25,307 bases of DNA from a virus. Taxonomy: Duplodnaviria > Caudoviricetes. Both the position numbers and the translations under genes were made by a program. Location: the IMG/VR virus record IMGVR_UViG_3300033067_000680, positions 1 through 25,307 of that record; one strand, given 5' to 3'. Below are positions 21,640 through 25,307 of the stretch, in pieces; position 1 is the stretch's first letter, and each line of letters starts with the position of its first letter. The notes under the pieces are model-generated. The model did not search any database, was not told the DNA's origin, and saw only the letters and a program-made list of their open reading frames with translations.

Positions 21640-24019
21640 ATGCCACGCGGGTCAGCTTCTTCTTGCCCGTTGTGGGGGGTGGAGGGTTGACCGTGGCGGC
21701 GTACTCGTCCCATTTGTCGAGGTCGACGAACACGGTCTTGATGCCGTTCACCGGCTTGCTGTCGTGCCACACCTTCGTGATGTGGATGCGGTGGTGCTTG
21801 AGCAGGCTGGTGAACTTGTTGGGCGTGTTCGGCATGCCGCCCACGCAGTACTCGAAGATGACGCGCAGCTGCTCGCGGCTGAAGGTGCAGTCGCCCTTCT
21901 CCCGCGTGCGCTCCAGCGCGCCCTTGAGCACGTCACGGTAGGCCTCGACGCGGTTGTGCTCTTGGGCGTTCGTGGTGTAGCTGCCGTCGCTGGGCAGCTG
22001 GTCCACGAAGAACCCGAAGTTGCCTTCCATCAGCGCGTTCGCCACCGTGTCGGTGGACGACTCGCTGATCGTCATCATCGTGGCCCGGTCCTCAGTGTTG
22101 AGCGGCAGGAGCACAGCGTCTTCATCGACCTTGAGGGTCATCAGGTAGTCGTTGAACGCCTGCAGCTCGTTCTCGATGGCCTTCTTCTCGTCGTTCGTGA
22201 AGTCCAGCTTGTTGGGCTGGTACTTGCCCACGTTGAAGCGCCGGTCGTGGCGGTCGATCGACACGGGGTCCGGCATGTTCGACATGAAGATGAAGGACGA
22301 GTAGTTGGCGCACTCGTGGCCGCCCGTGTACATCTCGCGGATCACGATCGTGTCCTCGGTGATGAAGTTCTTGAGCTTGGCCATGACGCCGCGCTCGTTC
22401 TGCAACGCCTTGGTCTGCACCTCGTCGATGAAGCACAGCAGCGTGGTCTTCATCCAGTGGTTGTACGGCTCGTTCAGCTCTTCCATGCGGCGCGTGGCCG
22501 TGTGGTGCGCGCCGAACAGCGGACGCAGGATGTTGTGGGTCAGCACGCCTTTGCCAGTGCCGGGTACGCCGTGCAAGATCCAAGCGGTCTTGGCCTTGTT
22601 GCGCGTCTGGAGGATGTAGGCCAGCCAGTTGAGAAAGTGCTTGACGATCGCGGGGTCGTTGCCGAGCGCGTGGTCGATGACCTTGCTGATCGTCTTCGGC
22701 ACGGTCGTGACCTTCTTGGGCGCAGCCAGCATGTACTGGGTGGGCCGGAACGTGTTGACCGTGCGGTTCTGGCTGTCGACGCGGACGTTGTCGTGTGGGT
22801 CGAAGGTCAAGTCCCACTCGGGGATGAAGTCGCCGAGGCTGACGCCGTACTGCTTGGCGAAGTGACGGACCTGGGTCTCGTTCTTGGCTGGGTTGAGCGC
22901 CAGCTCGTCGGTGTTCTGGTTGTACGTGCCACGCCAGTAGCCACCGGTGCGACGGTCGCAGAACGCGAGGTACAGCTCGCCGTTGCTGGTGACCTTGGGG
23001 CTCGTGCAGATCTGCTGCCAGTAGTCAGGCAGCAGCTCTTTGGTGAGGTACGCGCTCTCGCCTTTGAACGAGTAGATGTAGTCCGGGCAGTTCTCGGGGT
23101 GGTAGTAGGCCCAGCTGTCGCCACCGTTGAGGTTGAAGTAGACGAAGCCACGCTCGGTCTTGGTCTCGGTGACGACGCACGAGTCGGGCTTGACCATCAC
23201 CTCGACGGTGCCGTGCATCTTGTAGGTGATCTTGCGGTCGGGAAGGCCAGCCGCTTGGCGCAGGTGAGCGATGCGCTTGATGGTGAGGGAGCGGTTTTTC
23301 TCGGTGGTGTTGACCTGGGTGCCGAGTGCGAAGGTGTCCTTCTTGCGCTTGACCAGTGCGATGCGTTTGTTACGGGGCAGCGGGTCTTTGATGCCATCGA
23401 GCTTCGGAGGCGCGATGTAGATCAGCTTGTCGTTCTGGCATGCGCTGGTGTCGAGAGGCCAGCTGATGGCGTTGCCAGTCTTGGTGAGTCCCATCGCTGC
23501 AACGAGGAGCGGGGTCTCGTGGTTCTTCTGGATCAGCCACTGCTTGAGCAGCGGTGCTGCGTACGCGCGGTCGAGCTGGATGAAGATGTGGCAACGCAAG
23601 TCGTTGCTCGTGATGCCGTGGCTTGCGCTGTACTGGATGATGTAGGACACATCGCCCAAGCCCAGGGCACTGAGGAACGTGTCCGGTGTGACGGGGAACG
23701 TAGCACCTGACTCGTCCGTGAACGTGTTGGGCAGTCCGTCGAGGTCCAGCACGAGCAGCTCGGTGTTGGCGCCCGACTGCGTCGAACCAGCACGCGACTC
23801 TTTGACCAGGGGGCGGGACAACGAGCCTTTGAGCATGCAGTGGCCACGTGCAGCGTGCGCACGCAGCGCTGCTTCGAGGTCACTGAGGTTCTTGATTTCC
23901 TCGTCGTGCGAGGTGAACTCCCACACGAAAGGGTAGGGAGTCTTGGTGACCGAGCCGTCCTTTTCAAGGCGGTAAGTCTTGGTCAAAGGCGTTGAAGCCT
24001 GGAGGAAATGGAGCTGCAT
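21638..24019 (-). CDS. Primase (AEP/prim-pol-like) fused to SF3 helicase (DUF5906/D5-like)
   Basis: LVLDLDG and RCHIF in the N-terminal domain; Walker A GVPGTGKG, Walker B FIDEV, motif C FMSN, DRRF. Confidence 0.9.
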   Translation of the reverse strand: MQLHFLQASTPLTKTYRLEKDGSVTKTPYPFVWEFTSHDEEIKNLSDLEAALRAHAARGHCMLKGSLSRPLVKESRAGSTQSGANTELLVLDLDGLPNTFTDESGATFPVTPDTFLSALGLGDVSYIIQYSASHGITSNDLRCHIFIQLDRAYAAPLLKQWLIQKNHETPLLVAAMGLTKTGNAISWPLDTSACQNDKLIYIAPPKLDGIKDPLPRNKRIALVKRKKDTFALGTQVNTTEKNRSLTIKRIAHLRQAAGLPDRKITYKMHGTVEVMVKPDSCVVTETKTERGFVYFNLNGGDSWAYYHPENCPDYIYSFKGESAYLTKELLPDYWQQICTSPKVTSNGELYLAFCDRRTGGYWRGTYNQNTDELALNPAKNETQVRHFAKQYGVSLGDFIPEWDLTFDPHDNVRVDSQNRTVNTFRPTQYMLAAPKKVTTVPKTISKVIDHALGNDPAIVKHFLNWLAYILQTRNKAKTAWILHGVPGTGKGVLTHNILRPLFGAHHTATRRMEELNEPYNHWMKTTLLCFIDEVQTKALQNERGVMAKLKNFITEDTIVIREMYTGGHECANYSSFIFMSNMPDPVSIDRHDRRFNVGKYQPNKLDFTNDEKKAIENELQAFNDYLMTLKVDEDAVLLPLNTEDRATMMTISESSTDTVANALMEGNFGFFVDQLPSDGSYTTNAQEHNRVEAYRDVLKGALERTREKGDCTFSREQLRVIFEYCVGGMPNTPNKFTSLLKHHRIHITKVWHDSKPVNGIKTVFVDLDKWDEYAATVNPPPPTTGKKKLTRVA

Positions 24020-24100
24020 GCAAAAGTCCTTTTCTGGGGGCGTGATCTTAGAGCTAAGTTCGACGCACAGGAAACGGTAGACCGGCAGGAACCGAGATGC

Positions 24101-24220
24101 CCTTTCCTCTATGTAACTTAGTACTTCCTTCCAATCTTCTAAAATTCCAATCTAAAAGCTATGGAAAAGAAAATAGATAAGAACTAAGAAATGAAGATAA
24201 ATCCTTATAGAGGTTTAGTT
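24101..24220. other. AT-rich putative replication origin
   Basis: The longest AT-rich tract in the window; pyrimidine-rich then purine-rich halves, direct and inverted repeats, next to the primase-helicase gene. Confidence 0.55.
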
Positions 24221-24283
24221 CCGGGGAGAGGAATGTTGGTCGAAGAACTTCGACGGATGTAGTCCGTTGCCCCCAGGCCCTCG

Positions 24284-24318
24284 AAAGAAGAAAAGGCCCG
24301 AGGCACTGGGCCTCGGGC
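24284..24318 (-). terminator. Rho-independent terminator
   Basis: 9-bp stem GCCCGAGGC / GCCTCGGGC (24296-24318) followed by CTTTTCTTCTTT on the minus strand, just after the stop at 24332. Confidence 0.85.
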
Positions 24319-24331
24319 AAAGCACCGCTGA

Positions 24332-25240
24332 TCAGGCGATGCGCTTCAGTTCCTTGATGTCGAAGCCGCGCGACTCGAAGTCGTCGACCTCGGTCGTGTG
24401 CTTGGTGAGCAGCGACGTGCGGTAGTTGACTGCGCGGTGGTACAGGTCTTCGGCCAGCACCATGTCGCCGGCAGCTGCGGCCTTGCCGCGCAGCACTTGC
24501 TTGAACGCGCGGTTGTAGGCAGACACGATGGCGTTGCACGCGGACGTGAACACGTTGATCTGCGTGATGGCAGGCAACTTGTCGAACGCTTCTTCGCAGG
24601 ACTGCTCATCAGCGAACTTGCAGTCGCTCAGGCGATTGCCCAGCGCGATGATGTCGGGTGCTGCGTCGACTAGCTTCTGACGCTCACCCATGAACAGGTG
24701 AGCTTGCATGGCGACGATGGATTCCACCGACTTCTTGGTGACCAGGGCGATGGCCTTGACGGCCGGGTCGTTGGCGGACGAGACCGCAGGCATCTGGTCG
24801 AGCATGAAGCTCAGCGACTCGTACAGCGGACGCGGCTCACGATTGGGGTTGAGCGCGATCTGCTGTTCGAGGCAGTAGCTGCGGATGCCACCGAGCGCAG
24901 TGGCCACTTCGATGGCAGGCGCACGCTCCTTGTTGCCGCTGATGTTGGCGAACAGCTTGTCGAACTGACGCTCCTGCTCTTCGATCAGGCGCTCGTTGGC
25001 AGCGTCGATGCCGTTGCCTGCGGTGAGCGGACGACTGGTGCCGTAGAACACCTCGTTGCGGCATTGCGAGAGCAGCGCCAGATTGATGCTCGACATGAAG
25101 CTGTCGAGGATGGCACCGCGCACCGCTTGGTCGCTCGTGCCGAGGATCTCGCTGATGGACGCGGTGAGGGTGGTGACTTGCACCAGGGGTGCTGCGGTGT
25201 TGGTCATGGTGCCAGTGGGGACGGTGACGGTCTTGGACAT
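24332..25240 (-). CDS. Hypothetical helical protein (302 aa)
   Basis: Long GC3-biased ORF with AAGG SD and its own terminator; no motif recognised. Confidence 0.8.
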   Translation of the reverse strand: MSKTVTVPTGTMTNTAAPLVQVTTLTASISEILGTSDQAVRGAILDSFMSSINLALLSQCRNEVFYGTSRPLTAGNGIDAANERLIEEQERQFDKLFANISGNKERAPAIEVATALGGIRSYCLEQQIALNPNREPRPLYESLSFMLDQMPAVSSANDPAVKAIALVTKKSVESIVAMQAHLFMGERQKLVDAAPDIIALGNRLSDCKFADEQSCEEAFDKLPAITQINVFTSACNAIVSAYNRAFKQVLRGKAAAAGDMVLAEDLYHRAVNYRTSLLTKHTTEVDDFESRGFDIKELKRIA

Positions 25241-25307
25241 GATGTAGCCTTTCGAAGTGAGAACAAAGTTAGAGAACGGATGCTGGTTACGTGTTCCAGC
25301 GCTGTGT

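Larger units (their letters stand above)
1..25307 (-). mobile_element. Phage/prophage early and DNA-replication gene region
   Basis: Dense single-strand gene array with stop-start overlaps, a phage-type replication set (PolA, SNF2, Cas4-like, primase-helicase, ligase, VRR-NUC) and many small unknown ORFs; no host housekeeping genes. Confidence 0.93.

Noticed and set aside
21764-23710. 648-aa plus-strand ORF
   Set aside because: Antisense shadow of the GC3-biased primase-helicase gene; no motifs

Overview
The whole window looks like the early and DNA-replication arm of a GC-rich tailed dsDNA phage or prophage. A proteobacterial host is my inference. All credible genes lie on the minus strand, and many are linked by ATGA/GTGA/TTGA stop-start overlaps. 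In transcription order (right to left) the window holds: a 302-aa unknown gene and terminator; an AT-rich origin-like gap; a fused primase-SF3 helicase; about 25 small accessory genes (TraR/DksA-like zinc finger, LuxR-type HTH, winged HTH, small lipoprotein, NinX-like, Ea22-like mosaic proteins); a MoxR-type AAA+ / Nmad5-like / DUF3150-like / HExxH-vWA module followed by a nested gene and a very acidic protein; then a Cas4-like nuclease, SNF2-like helicase, family A DNA polymerase, putative SSB, DEDDh exonuclease, DUF6378-like protein, VRR-NUC-like nuclease and a truncated ATP-dependent DNA ligase. I saw no structural, lysis, integrase, tRNA or CRISPR features. The strongest leads are the AAA-vWA-peptidase module, a recurrent GATC-N7-GATC (11-bp period) element at gene starts, and exact linker repeats that appear to shuffle protein modules. 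Family calls come from motif recognition by eye, not database searches.
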